Assembly (NCBI RefSeq): GCF_048593235.1
Contig: NC_133620.1
Span: 444,755,261-444,819,260 of the forward strand
DNA from: Sminthopsis crassicaudata
Taxonomy: Eukaryota
DNA: 64,000 nucleotides
Direction of reading: 5' to 3'
Shown piece after piece: positions 38,776 to 51,044 of this stretch (position 1 is its first letter; each line of letters begins with the position of its first letter). Under the pieces are notes generated by a model, which was not told the origin of the DNA, ran no database searches, and was given only the letters and a program-made list of their open reading frames with translations. The translations under genes were made by a program, and so were the position numbers.

Positions 38776-40829
38776 CAGGCATCTCCAACTATCCTGAAAT
38801 TTGAGACATAACGTTCCAATCCAGGTCTAGACCAACAGATAAAGGATCTGCTTCTGACTATTGTTATGACTTTGGACAAGTCAATTCTCTGAGCTACATT
38901 TTTTATAGTTCTAAAATTATGATGTTGAACTAGACAACTAAGGATGAATCTAGCTTTTAACCTGTACTCCTAAGATCTAAGCAATTATCCTATCAAAATA
39001 GTATGAAGATTATGTCAAATGCTCCTTCAAATCAATGATCAACATAACTTTCTGGTTTAGTTTTCCATTTGCTTCATCTGCATCTTTTGTGATCTCAAAT
39101 TCATCACTTCCCCCTCAGAACCCTTGTCATCTTACTACAAACACAATTCCCCTCTCTCTCTCCACTCTCATCTTTGTTTCATGATGAAGTTTTATTGGGG
39201 AAGAGAAGCTAGCCTTGTCACCAGCCTTACATTTCCTGAGTCCATTTTTCCGTTTCCAGCTCCTGCCATGACATACGGAAGTTCCTGTGGTATCATTGTA
39301 TGAGATGTTGACTTAAGCTTGATTTTTGTCTGACTGTTTTTCCAGTTTTCTGAGTACATTTGGTCAACTATAGAATGTTGATCCAAGTGGATGATTTCCT
39401 TGGATTTGCCAAACACCTGCTATTGTAATGATGTTTCTATTTCAGAATGAAGACAGTAGATCCTAAAGGGAAAAAACACCTGATGCAATGACTGAAGTAG
39501 TGTAGATGAAAATAAGTTTGAATGACTTGAGAATGGTGATCACTGCAATGACAAATTATTCTGTCAGAAAACTGGGAGTTAAGTATGTTTTTCCTCTTTG
39601 GGCACTTAAGTGATAGATTAGAAGTATCAAATGTTCAACTCTGGGAAATTTTGTTTTGTTTTGTTCTATCCAGTTTGTCATGTAGGGGGACTTCTTTGGG
39701 GCAACTGATAAAAGGTGTTGAATAGTGATACTAAAGGTAAAAAAGAAGGGAAGAGAAGAGTCAGGAAAAGAAGAGAAGGGAAAGGAAGCACATCAAGAGA
39801 AAATTAGTGGGAGGGGGAGGGAAGAACACAAAAGAATGGAAAGAATTCCAGAAGAGTACACCAAAAAAATGGGAATTTTCTTATTATTGTGACAAATTTA
39901 ATATATGCCTTTAAAAGAAAAACTATATTCAATAGAAGTTCATAGATATATATAGCCTCCTCTTTCTTGTTTTGTATATTAAAATGTTCTTATTTGTTAA
40001 TATATTAATGTTCATAATAAAAAATTATAGTATGTGAAGATCAGAGCCATTTTTCCACACAAAAGAAATTGGGAGAGACACTATGTGATAAGTTTGGAAG
40101 CCACTCCTTTTTGGCCAGTGGGTGGGTTTCCAGAAGACAGCCTTGTCTTGATATGGATTTGCCCATGTCTCCTCTCTATGACCAGGGCTTCTACTCTCTC
40201 CTGCGAGTCATCTTTCTCCCTCACTCATTCTCAGTGTCCTGATGCTTCAGTTGAGATAAACATGGAATATAAAAAGATCTAAAGGAATAGGGACCCAATG
40301 TAGACAGAAGCCACAAAGAAAATGTCCCCCAAAAGACAGAGAATTAAACCCACAAAAACATCTAAGTCAAACCTCTCCTGGAAAAAAACAGTAGTGTTAC
40401 CCAAGTCCTGGGAGAAGGAGGGAAAAGAGAAGGAAAAGAGGTCTACTACATTCTCTTGATCTGAGAAGGAAGAGGGGGGAGAAAACCAGACAGGCCTAGA
40501 ATTCTCCTTTAGCAATAAGAAGGAAAAAAAAGGCATTTTCCTTATCTCTTGAGTTTCAATTAGAAATAGGGATTCTACTCACAGGAAAAGTCAGACCAGA
40601 TTTTGTGGATGGATTTTGTGCTCTTTCTTTCCCCCTTCCCCAGCAGAAACAGTGTAGTATAGTGGATAGAAGGCTGAACTTAAGAGTCAGGGAAACTGAG
40701 GTACAAATCTTGCCTTTCATACTTACCAGAGATCTAGGTGAACCTAGACAAAGTATGCCATCATCCTCATCCTTGAAATATATTTACTTTACTTTCTTTA
40801 TCTTTTAAATTGCCTGATCTCCTTCCTCA

Positions 40830-41600
40830 ATCCCACTTCCATATCACCAGTTGTTTCGTACATCTCTTCATCTGGAAGTCTTGTTAACACTCAGACCCAA
40901 TCTATTCCAAGCAGAGCTCATTTCTTTCCTTTAAACTCACTTCCCTTTCAGTTTTCTCTTTCCGTTAGAGCCCCATCATCCTTTGAGATTCATAGATTTG
41001 AAGCGGAGTCCTCCTCAATTCTTCACTCACTATTCCCAATCACTTTCTAAGACTTTTTCTTTTTTCTTTCACAATGCCGCCTGCACTGTCCCCCTTTCTC
41101 CTCTTAAATGACTACTTCTGTAGGCAAGGCTTTCATCATCTCTCATTTAGACTCTTAAATAGCGTTCTGGTTAGCCCTTTGTCTCTTCCAGGCTCTCATC
41201 TACTCCATCCATTCTCCACAGTTATGAAACTGATAATCCTCAAGCTTATGTCTGACCACAACCCTTACCTCCTCAAGAAGCTTCAGTGTTTCCTGTACCG
41301 TTTTATATTTCTTTTCTGCTATGCTGCTTTTTACAAGAAGTCCTTCCTGATTCTCCCAGTAATTAGTGTTTCTCCCCATCCTCTGTAATTACTTTGAATT
41401 GATTTTGTAAATAGATTTTAAATTTTACTTCTCTGGCTCTGTGGCGTTTCCTTCCATAATACTATATTCCACTGGACTACAAAGACCTTCTGGGTAGAGA
41501 TATTTTCATTTTCTGTCTCTGGGATCTCAGAACAATGCTTAGTTGTAACTGGGAGCACTTGGCTGTGCTGGCCATACACATTGACCTCAGTCAACTTTAA
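40830..41600. mobile_element. Degenerate L2-like fragments
   Basis: Pyrimidine-rich L2-type 3' motifs; similar remnants at ~52880-53230, ~57480-58060 and ~60440-60960. Confidence 0.45.
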
Positions 41601-42121
41601 TCTAAAGTTGCTTAAGAAACTACACACTAAGTACCCAAACTTAGAGTTATCATCTTTGGCCCCATAGAAGAGTTAAAAAAACAAAGCACCAACACTCTCC
41701 ATTTGTGGAGATAAGGTTTTTGGGGTGTAAAACATCACATAAACTACCAGAAACAATTGATGTGTGGTTTACTTTTGCTGCACTTTCTCCCCTTATTTTT
41801 AATATCATTATTGCAAGGAATGACTCACTGAATAAGAAGTATTCAGAAATAAATGATTTTTTAAAATGTGCTAACAAAAATTAAATTGTGAAAGGAGAAC
41901 AAGACACGTGCAGATACATCTTTTGAACTTCTCCATTTTTTCTGTCACAGTCAAGAGCCTCTCGTGTTCTCAGAGATACAAAGGGATTCTATCTATCACT
42001 CTGTAGTAAATATTCCAACCCGGCCTGGTGGTATTGAAATCATAGAAAAGTATAGACACTTCCTTGGATACTTCCTTGCTGTATGTACATGAGGAAATCC
42101 ATTGATTTTTCATAGTCTCTC

Positions 42122-42277
42122 TTTTTTTTTTTTTTTCTTTTTGCAAGGCAACTGAGGTTAAATGACTTTGCTAGGGTCACATAGCAAATAAGGATTAAGT
42201 GTCTGAAGTGGATTTGAACTCAGGTTCTCCTGATTTCAGGCTCAGTGTTCTATCCACCTGTGCCATCTAGCTGCCCC
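42122..42277 (-). mobile_element. Marsupial tRNA-derived SINE (WSINE/SINE1-like)
   Basis: Reverse complement of ggggcagctagatggcacaggtggatagaacactgagcctgaaatcaggagaacctgagttcaaatcc..., with a poly(T) tail. Confidence 0.85.
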
Positions 42278-44133
42278 AATCTCTGATAGTTTCAGTTTTC
42301 TCATCCTTCAAATAGGAATAATAATACTCCCACTATCTATTTCAAATGATTGTTGAGAGAACAGTCCTTTGGACACTTCAAATCCCCTTAAGAATGGAAG
42401 TTCTGGGCTAGAGGGTCAAAGTTGGGGAGCTACAAGGAATCTTTGCATGAAGCCCACTAAGAACTAATTTTCCTTCCCAATTCCCCTTTCAAAATTCCCT
42501 TGGGATTTCATCTTCCCAACAAAGCTGCGGTACAAGCAGTGTGGGGAGAATGGTAACACTGCCCATCCACAAACAGCACTAATAGAAAGCAACAATGAGT
42601 AATAAACATCCTTTGCCTCCCTAAAACTCTTCACAGTTTAAAAAACATGTTCTGTTGCCCCTATTGCTTTGTATCAGCCTCAGAACTGCCTTAAGGTACA
42701 ACCAAGAGAGATTTGAGTGACTTGCCCAAGATCGTGCAGTTAAGGCTTAGTAGAGACTAATTGAGAATACCAAAAAGGACTGGGTAGATTTCAGGAACTT
42801 ATGCATATACTAGTTTATGATCCTCACCACATTCTGGGGCATGATATGTTAATGGGTAATGTCATGACCATATGACAAATTAGGAAACTGAAACACAAAG
42901 AGGTGACAGAATTTTGTTTAAGGCTTTCTACTAACCCACAATCCCTCAGTTTCCTGTCTTCTATGGTAAAGATGTCCTTCAAGTTAGAGTTGGGAAAAAT
43001 TAAAATACATTTATAATTGATTTGTCCAAGGACTTTCAATTAGAATTTCTGACATCTCAGAGAGAACCAAAGGAATAATGGAGAAGAAGAGGTATAGAAA
43101 AGTGAAAGAAGTCAATTGTGACAAGTTGGGTCCACCAGTGGAGAAGAGAGGGCATAGAACCAGGTTGTGAAAATGACCTTAATGTTTTATGGGAGGAACA
43201 GAAAGGAGGCCAGAATCATTTTTTTTTAAAATAGAATGAGTGAAGGGCAATAAAGTGTTAAAAAAAAAACAGAAAGATAGGAAAGAGATAGGCTACAGAG
43301 GACGTGAAAAGTCAAAAAGATATTTTTTTATTTAATTCTGGAGGTGATAGGGAGCCACTGGAGTATACTGAATACAGAATGACATGGTCAGAATTCTTTA
43401 TGAAGAATCACTTTGACAGCTGAATGAAGAATGAAATGGAATGAGGACAAATGTGAGGAAAGGAGATCATCCAACAGAATATCATTACTTTAATCAAGAT
43501 AGGGCTAAGATGGATTTTCTTAATTTATCGTTAAATATTACAAAAATATAGGCACAATGAAAATATTTGAGTTAACATTTTTCTTTTATTCTGAAGCTAG
43601 GAAGTGATTGAACTAAGATAAGATTTCAAGTCTTGTATTTTGACATCTAAATTGGCCAATTTACCATAAGTTTCTCATTCATTGAAAAACATGATTTTTA
43701 GATTATTGTTAAATACACTAATTTTTTTCCAAAAGCTAAGTCAGTATGTGACTTTCCTACAGTCATGCCAGTAGTGAAGTCATGATTTGAAACAGCAAAT
43801 TAAGCATTTTATCTCCTGTCACACTTTTTAAAATAATCTCCATTTTTCTTAAATCTTTCCTGGTTCTACTTCTCTCTCTTCCATTTTTCCTAGTGGTTCC
43901 TTGGTACAACTCCTAAGAAAGAATTGTTTTTGGCCCATATCCTACATCACAGAATTTGATAGTTACAGAATTTGAGTTTTTGGAAAGGACTATAGTTAAT
44001 CCGTTACTAAAAACAAACCCCACTATCCCATTCTTTGGAAATGCTCACCCCACTTTTCTTTAAAGATCTCCAGGGGAAGGGAAACTCCCTACAGCTTGAT
44101 GTCATCCATTCTAGTTTTAACAGTCAAAATTGT

Positions 44134-44481
44134 TTTTTTTTAATAATAGTTGAAATATTTTGAAATATATGCAAAGATAGTTTTCAACATTCGCCCTTGC
44201 AATAGGTTCCAAAATTTTCTCCCTCTCTTCTTCCCACCCTCTTCCTTAGACAGCAATTAATCCAATATATGTTAAATACATGCAACTCTTCCATATATAT
44301 TTCCACATTTATAATGCTTCACAAGAAAAATCAGATTAAAAAGGAAAAAAATTAGAAAGAAAACAAAAGAAAGCAAGCAATAACAAAAAAGATAAAAATA
44401 AAAATACTATTTTGTGATCTACATTCAGTCCCCACAGTCTTCTTTCTGGATGTAGATGGCTCTCTCTATCACAAGTCTATT
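44134..44481 (-). mobile_element. L1 3' end
   Basis: L1 3'UTR motifs, poly(T) start, flanking direct repeat aaaattg. Confidence 0.75.
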
Positions 44482-45372
44482 AAAATTGGACAGCCATAAA
44501 TGTATAGAAGTTTTTCCCAACAGCAAGACTAAACTTAATCTCCTCACAAATATCATCCATTGATCCTGATTCTGTCTTTTGAATGAATCCCATGAAGACA
44601 AATCTATATTCTTCCAAAGGATGGACCTTCCTATATTTAAAGATAGAAATTATATCTAACCTGGGTCTTCTCTTCTCCCATAAATATCCCAAGTTCCTTC
44701 AACTCACCCTCTTACAACTTTCAGCCCTTGATTGTCTACTCTTGCTCTTCTCCAGCTTCCCAGTGTTCTTAGTAAATTATGGTTCCCAAAACTGACCAAA
44801 ATAGTGTGAGTGTAGTCTGCTCAGACCATACAAGAATGAGACTACTGCTTCTCTATTTCTGGAAGTTTGTTTTTTAACACAGAAGATCTTATTTTTGGCT
44901 TCCCTCTCATCCTACTGACTCAAAATGAGATGGTGGTCCACTGAATCTCTAGAAATTTTATAGAAACAGTGTCCAATAACACCACATCCATATGCTATAA
45001 AAATAGCATTCTCTTTTCCCTTGAGAAAATAGAAACCATGGTCAAAATATATGGATTTTAAAATGTTTATTGACAGGCATTCACAGAATCCAGAAGGTAG
45101 CCCCAACACTCTAAAGAGTGGAAGTCTGGCTGCTACTAGAAGTCCCCATGGGAGACAAGCGCCCTCCAGAAATACAAATGTTACCAATAAATATCCAAAT
45201 ATGTCACCAAATAATTTACATAATAAGTTAAATCTCATTGGCAAAAAAAAAAATTATAATGGGAAAGTCAATCTCAGGAAAACTTCAGTCTTGAAAGATC
45301 TCATCCAACTGCAGAGTTTCTTGATTTGGATCATTTTTCTTTAGGATTCATTTTCCTAGGTTTCTGAGCCTC

Positions 45373-46648
45373 TCAGTTCATCTCCAAGTCATCCATGTAA
45401 GTCTGAACCCAGTCATCTCTAGGGTCAGCACATACCTGACGGCCCTTTCTAGTCAGGAACCTGTGAAGTGAATAAAAAAGGGGGACAAGAGGCCAATGAA
45501 TTTTTCACTTGAAGATAAAGGATAGTTTTTTGTGTTCCCCCCGTGTACAACACTTATGTAGACTTCTGGAAGAGCTTAAGGAACAATCCACATCTTTTGC
45601 ACCAATCCCCTGGTTATTTTGAGTTAATCATTTCCTTCCTAGGGATCTCTCTAGTAAGGAGTCCCTTTAAAAAGGCTCCCCCAGCCTCAAGTTCCTGTTG
45701 CATCAGATTAGTATTGTCCCTCAGGGTGAGACTAGTTCTCTGCCTTGCTTCCTGGGGAGACATAGGCTACGGTACTCCTTTGTAGCCAGATTTAATTTCT
45801 ATTACCTGACCTTTCATTTGACCAAGTTGCCAAATGACCCCATTTCCTCTTTCCATTCTCTTGTCTTTATATTTCCTAGAGACAATGAGTAAGTAGATAC
45901 TCACACCACAGCTGGTTGAGAGCACTGGCTGCTGGTCTCAAAATAGTCCGTCACAAATTTTCTGGGGATCTGTTGCTTAACATAGGAGAAGCAGCACGAG
46001 GTGGGAGGGTTAGAGCTTACTGCAGAGAAAAGAGAAGCATAAAATTAGGATCATATGTTCATACTATACAGTCCTTAACTATGTCCCACAAAAGGTTTCC
46101 CATCAAAAATTATGTGGATGTCATCTCTCTTATCTCCCTTACCCTGGTTCTTTCTGTGCCAGCTATGATTCTCAGTTGTATATAGAAGAGTCAGACCTGC
46201 TGTTCCCATTGCAAAAAGGATCCATGGAGAAAAATCAGAGCTGCATCGGGTGTCAGAGATCAGCCCATCTAACTTCTACAAAGTTTTTTTGTTGAGAAAA
46301 CTACTTGCTGCAAGGATTTAGTGACCAAACCAGAACTAAAACCATGTTGGACTAGAGCCCAATCTACTGCCCTTGTGGCTCTTTTCTCCTGCCTTGAATT
46401 TATATGTAAACCAGCATAAATTGTCAAGTCTAATAAACCTGCTTCTGTCCCTCCCCTCCCGACTTCCTTCTCCACATCCTCACTAAATCCTCATGCTCTA
46501 ACTAGCTTTAAACTAGGGGCTCTGTCCAGCTTGTGATTAAAGCCTGGGCACAGAGGCAGGAGAAAGCAGACTTACCTGGTGCAGAGGATGCCAGAGAGCT
46601 GAAAGCCATGACCAGGAGGAGGGAGAGGGCAGCCACAGAGACCTTCAT
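45373..46648 (-). CDS. CCL4: CCL4-like CC chemokine, copy 7, most divergent, intact
   Basis: Exons 46648-46576, 46019-45905, 45460-45373. [91 protein letters not shown]. Confidence 0.93.
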
Positions 46649-46729
46649 GATCCTGAGAGGAGAGAGGAGCAGGACACGGGCTGAGAGATTCTGGAGAGCT
46701 GTGCTTCGGTCTCATGCTTGAACCCTCTC

Positions 46730-46975
46730 TTTATATGGGGCTTTTGGAAGCAATTGGAGGAACAGAAAGGGAATGGAAATTCCAGGGTAGTTTTGATGTC
46801 ATGGTGAGAGTTGGGAACTGAAAAATCAGCCCAGGAAATGTAAGGTTGGTGTCAAGGGCTGAGTTGCAGTGCAGTTTCATCATGGGAGAATTGGTGGGGG
46901 GTATAGGAAAAGAGAGAGAGGAGAAATGTGTGTGTAAGGGTGACAAGGGTGCTAAGGGGGAAGTGGTGAACTTGA
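46730..46975 (-). promoter_or_regulatory. Copy 7 proximal promoter
   Basis: TATAAA at 46735-46730; TGGAATTTCC at 46784-46775; TGACATCA at ~46795-46802; GGGGAAGT at ~46957-46964. Confidence 0.7.
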
Positions 46976-47221
46976 AATAGAAGCAGAAACCGACCAAACA
47001 AAAGCAAAATGAAATCAGAAGGAGATTTATGTTAATGATTGATTTAAAAGAGTATTTAATATAACATTACTACTGCTTTGATATTATAACTATCTGTATC
47101 TTCACTAATTTGGTGTTGTCCTTTCTCAGGGACCATTCACATTTTCTCTCTTTCGTTCCAAATTTAGCATATGTGCTGCCAGAGCAAAAACTAACTGCCT
47201 CTCTCTTAAGGTTGTACATGG

Positions 47222-47390
47222 AGGAGCAGCTAGATGGATGGTTCAGTGGATAGAGCACTGGCCCTGGAATCAGGAAGACCTGATTCAAATGTGACCTCAG
47301 ACACATAATATTTAGTAGCTGTGTGATCCTGAACAAGTCATTTAACCCCAATTGCTTCTCAAAAAAAATACTATATATAAAAAAAAAAGA
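47222..47390 (+). mobile_element. Marsupial tRNA-derived SINE
   Basis: gcagctagatgg...agtggatagagcactggccctggaatcaggaagacctgattcaaat...aaccccaattgc followed by an A tail. Confidence 0.85.
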
Positions 47391-48103
47391 TTGTAGATTA
47401 AGAGGTGGAAGAGTCTTTCATCTAAATTAACCTCCTCCCATATAAATAAGGAAACAGTGACCCTCTTTCGTTGTTTCACAGGTAGTGAGAAGTACTTTAA
47501 GGTTCCACAAACCTTTGACATCTATAATTGATAATAAGAAATGATATTTATATTAAGGTTTGCAAAGCTCTTAAAAATATTATTGCATTTGAGCTTCACA
47601 ACTATCCTATGACGTGCATAATATAGATCTATCCCAATTTAAAAGTAAACTTCCTTATGACAGAATCTCTTTAAATGTTTTCAAATGATATTTATGATAT
47701 CAGTTGAGGCTCATCATTTCTTTAAGGTAGATAGAATTGGTATTATTACATCTAATTCATTCATTAAAAACACTGAGACTTATGGTGAAAAGACTTGGGT
47801 TCTGGTCTCATCTCTGAAAATTACTTTTTATGTAACACTAAACCTCACACTATTCCCAGACCAATCTCCAGTCCTCTGAGTTTTCAAGTAGTTGCTAATC
47901 TGCTTTAACAGGAGTTTCCTTATTAATGAAATCACAGGTTGGAAACAGAACAACAACAAAAAAAAAAGATAGACATTATGCTAGACTTTAGTGATAGGAA
48001 AGAAAAACACATATATAGATCCTAACTCCAAGGAGTTTATATTTTAACAGGGATAGATCTGTATTGTTCATATCATAAAATGTTCAAATGCAACAATATT
48101 TTT

Positions 48104-48299
48104 TAAATAACTTCTTATTGACAGAACATATGCCTGGGTAATGTTTTACAACATTACCCCGTGCCTTCACTTATATTCTGACTTTTCCCTTTCCTCCTTC
48201 CACCCCCTCCCCTAGATGGCAGGCAGTCCCATATATGTTAAATATGTTATAATATATCCTAGATACAATATATGTGTGCAGAACTGAACAGTTCTCTTG
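48104..48299 (-). mobile_element. L1 3' end
   Basis: L1 tail; TSD tgcaacaatattttt at 48089-48103 and 48300-48314. Confidence 0.8.
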
Positions 48300-48739
48300 T
48301 GCAACAATATTTTTAAGACTCTTGTAAACTTTAAGATTAATGCCATTCTTTTTTTATTAACAAATACCATTTATTCTTAAAACACTGCTTTTATTATTAA
48401 CATCCTTAATAATACCATTAATTATTTAGAATTACCATTTATTATTACCAAGTGATTTGTCTAGGTTTAAACCTAATAAATGGTAAATAAGATTCACAGC
48501 TGTGGAGGCTCTTGAAGAATTGACCTGTTCCTTAACAGGAAGGAAGGAAGGTAGGAAGATTAGAAAACAAGTACTTATTTTTGAAATAAATAAAAAGAAA
48601 ATAGATCTAGAAGGAATCAATGATAAAGTCATACATACTATCTTTCCTGGGTTCATTTCCTTTTTCTAATAATTCTGAACTTTCTTCTGTGTATTTTTAA
48701 AAAGTATCAATGACATTCTTCTTTTTCCACTACTTCCCA

Positions 48740-49860
48740 CTCTCTTTTATCACCCTCTCTTCACCCTTTTCCACACAGAAGAGTCCTCCCTTATAACAAA
48801 TAAGTATAGTCAAGCAACCAAAACCATATTTTGCATGTGATTCAAAATGTGTGTCTTCTTCTGAATCTATAATTCATCATCTCTGCCAATATTTGAGAAA
48901 CATGATTATCCTCAGTTTTCTGGGGTCACCTAATGGTCATTACAATAATCATCATTTATTCTTTGACAATTGCTTCCCATTACAATGTTTTATCCTTTCT
49001 AATATTGTTCGATTCTGCTTACTTTTTTATATGTCTTTTCAGATTCGTCTAAAATTATTGGTTTTATTTTTTTCTTACTACTCTATAATATTCCATGACA
49101 TTCATGTACCAAAATTTCTTTAGTCATTTCCCAGTTGATGGATAACCCCCTTCATTTCTAGTTCCTTGCTCTAACAAAAAAAGACTGCTATAAGCATTTT
49201 TGGTTAATATTTGTCCTTTCCTTTTTTCTTTGTTATCTTTGAAATACATAGATTGCAGAGGTATAACTGGGACAAAGGATATGCATAGATTACTGATCTA
49301 TGAACTGATTAGTTCAGTTTCAGCAACAGTATATTAGTTTGTTTTTCTTCTCACACTCCCTCCAAAAGTTGTCATTTACTCTTTTTATTATCTTTGTGAA
49401 TCTGAGGTGGGAGATGGAAATTCTGAGTTGCTTTAATTAGTATTTTCTTATCATTAGTGATTGGACAATATTTTCTATATGGCTGTTGATGGCTTGTTTT
49501 TCTTCCTTTTAGAACTGCTGTTATAGCCTTTGACATGTTAAATGTACCTATCGGGGAATGGCTTTTGTTGTATATTTAAATCATTTCCCTATAGATCTTG
49601 AATATTAGACCTTTACCAGAGAAATTTACTGCGAATATCCATTCCCTCCCAGTTAAGAGTTTCTCTTTTATTACTACATTACTTTTGTGTGTGCAAAACC
49701 TTCAATTTTATGTAAACAATAGTGCATTTTGTTCTTTGTGGTGATCTTTACTCCTTGTTTGGTTCATTTTTCACCTACCCACTTCCAGTTGTGAAAAATA
49801 TCTCCTTCCCTTTTCCTTTAATTTGCTTATGATATGACCTTTTTCATTACATCTGGGCAT
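48740..49860 (-). mobile_element. Old degenerate L1
   Basis: Antisense L1 ORF2-end and 3'UTR motifs. Confidence 0.6.
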
Positions 49861-49882
49861 TCATTTAACGTTTGAGATATTG

Positions 49883-50115
49883 AGGTAGTCCAATGGAGCA
49901 TTGGATTTGGAGTCAGGCAAACCTGAGTTCAAATTTTGCCTCAAACATTTATGAGTTGAGTGATGCTGGGCAAGTCACTTTCAGCACCTCAGTTTCCTCA
50001 TCTATAAAATGAGTTTAATAATAACACCCACATCCCAAGGTTATTGTTATGATCAAATGATATATTATAAAATACTTTGAAACTTTAAAGTACTTATAAA
50101 TGCTAATTATTATTA
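49883..50115 (+). mobile_element. MIR-type SINE
   Basis: CORE motif gggcaagtcact...cctcagtttcctcatctataaaatg; similar MIRs at ~52360-52620 and ~54500-54620. Confidence 0.8.
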
Positions 50116-51044
50116 TTATGGTCTATAATGTGAGATGTTTATTTAAACCCAATTTATGTCAAGTTGCTCTCCAGTTTTTCCAGAAGCTTTTACTGAATGA
50201 CAAATCCTCATCCCAAGTGTTGGGGTTTATTTGAGTTTATTGAATATTATGCTGCCATATTCGATGGCTTCTGATTCAGAGTCAAGTCAGTAGAGGCAAA
50301 AGGGGAAAATGCACACAATGGCTATGATAATGTGAGAAAAATAACCTTGAAAGGCTTAAGAATACTGTGCAATGACCAATTATGTCTTTAGGATATTGAT
50401 GACAAAACATGCTATTTGTGATTAGGCAGAGAGGTGACAGACTACAGGAGTGAGAGGAGACACATTTTTAGATACTGACATCCTGTTTCTTTTGCTTAAC
50501 TATAATTAGTTCTATTCAGTATATATGTATGTATGATTATATACATATATAGTAGCCTTTTGGTTACAAGGGGAAACTTCTTTTGGAAAAATAAGAATTG
50601 ATGTGTAAAATGAAACAAAAATAAAAGAAGGAAAATTAAAGAGCAGCTAAAACAGCATAAAGGGGAGAACAGAAGAAAATTCAGAAAGGAAAATAAACAG
50701 CATAACCATTTTGATATTATCATGATAAATTTACTATACATTTTAAATAGAATTCATATTTATATGATGAAATGTTCATGATTGTTGATTTGTTAAATTT
50801 ATAATAAAAGAGAATTTTTAAAAAGTGTAAAGGGGGCCGTGTCAATTTAATTTTCATATAAAAGTGTATGATGAAAATACTGCTATATTTCTTTGGAAAC
50901 CATTCTCCTAAGGCCAGTGCTTTCATTTAGAGTCCTGCTTTTTCCTGTTATTTTTTTTTTCTATAACCAGGTCAGTACTCCCCTTCCTTCCTTCTACTGA
51001 TAATCAAAAGTCTCTTTCTCTTCCTTCCTCTTTTCTCCCTACTT

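Noticed and set aside
5461-45464. Human CCL4L2-type intron-2 acceptor mutation
   Set aside because: All seven exon-3 acceptors retain a pyrimidine tract and CAG.
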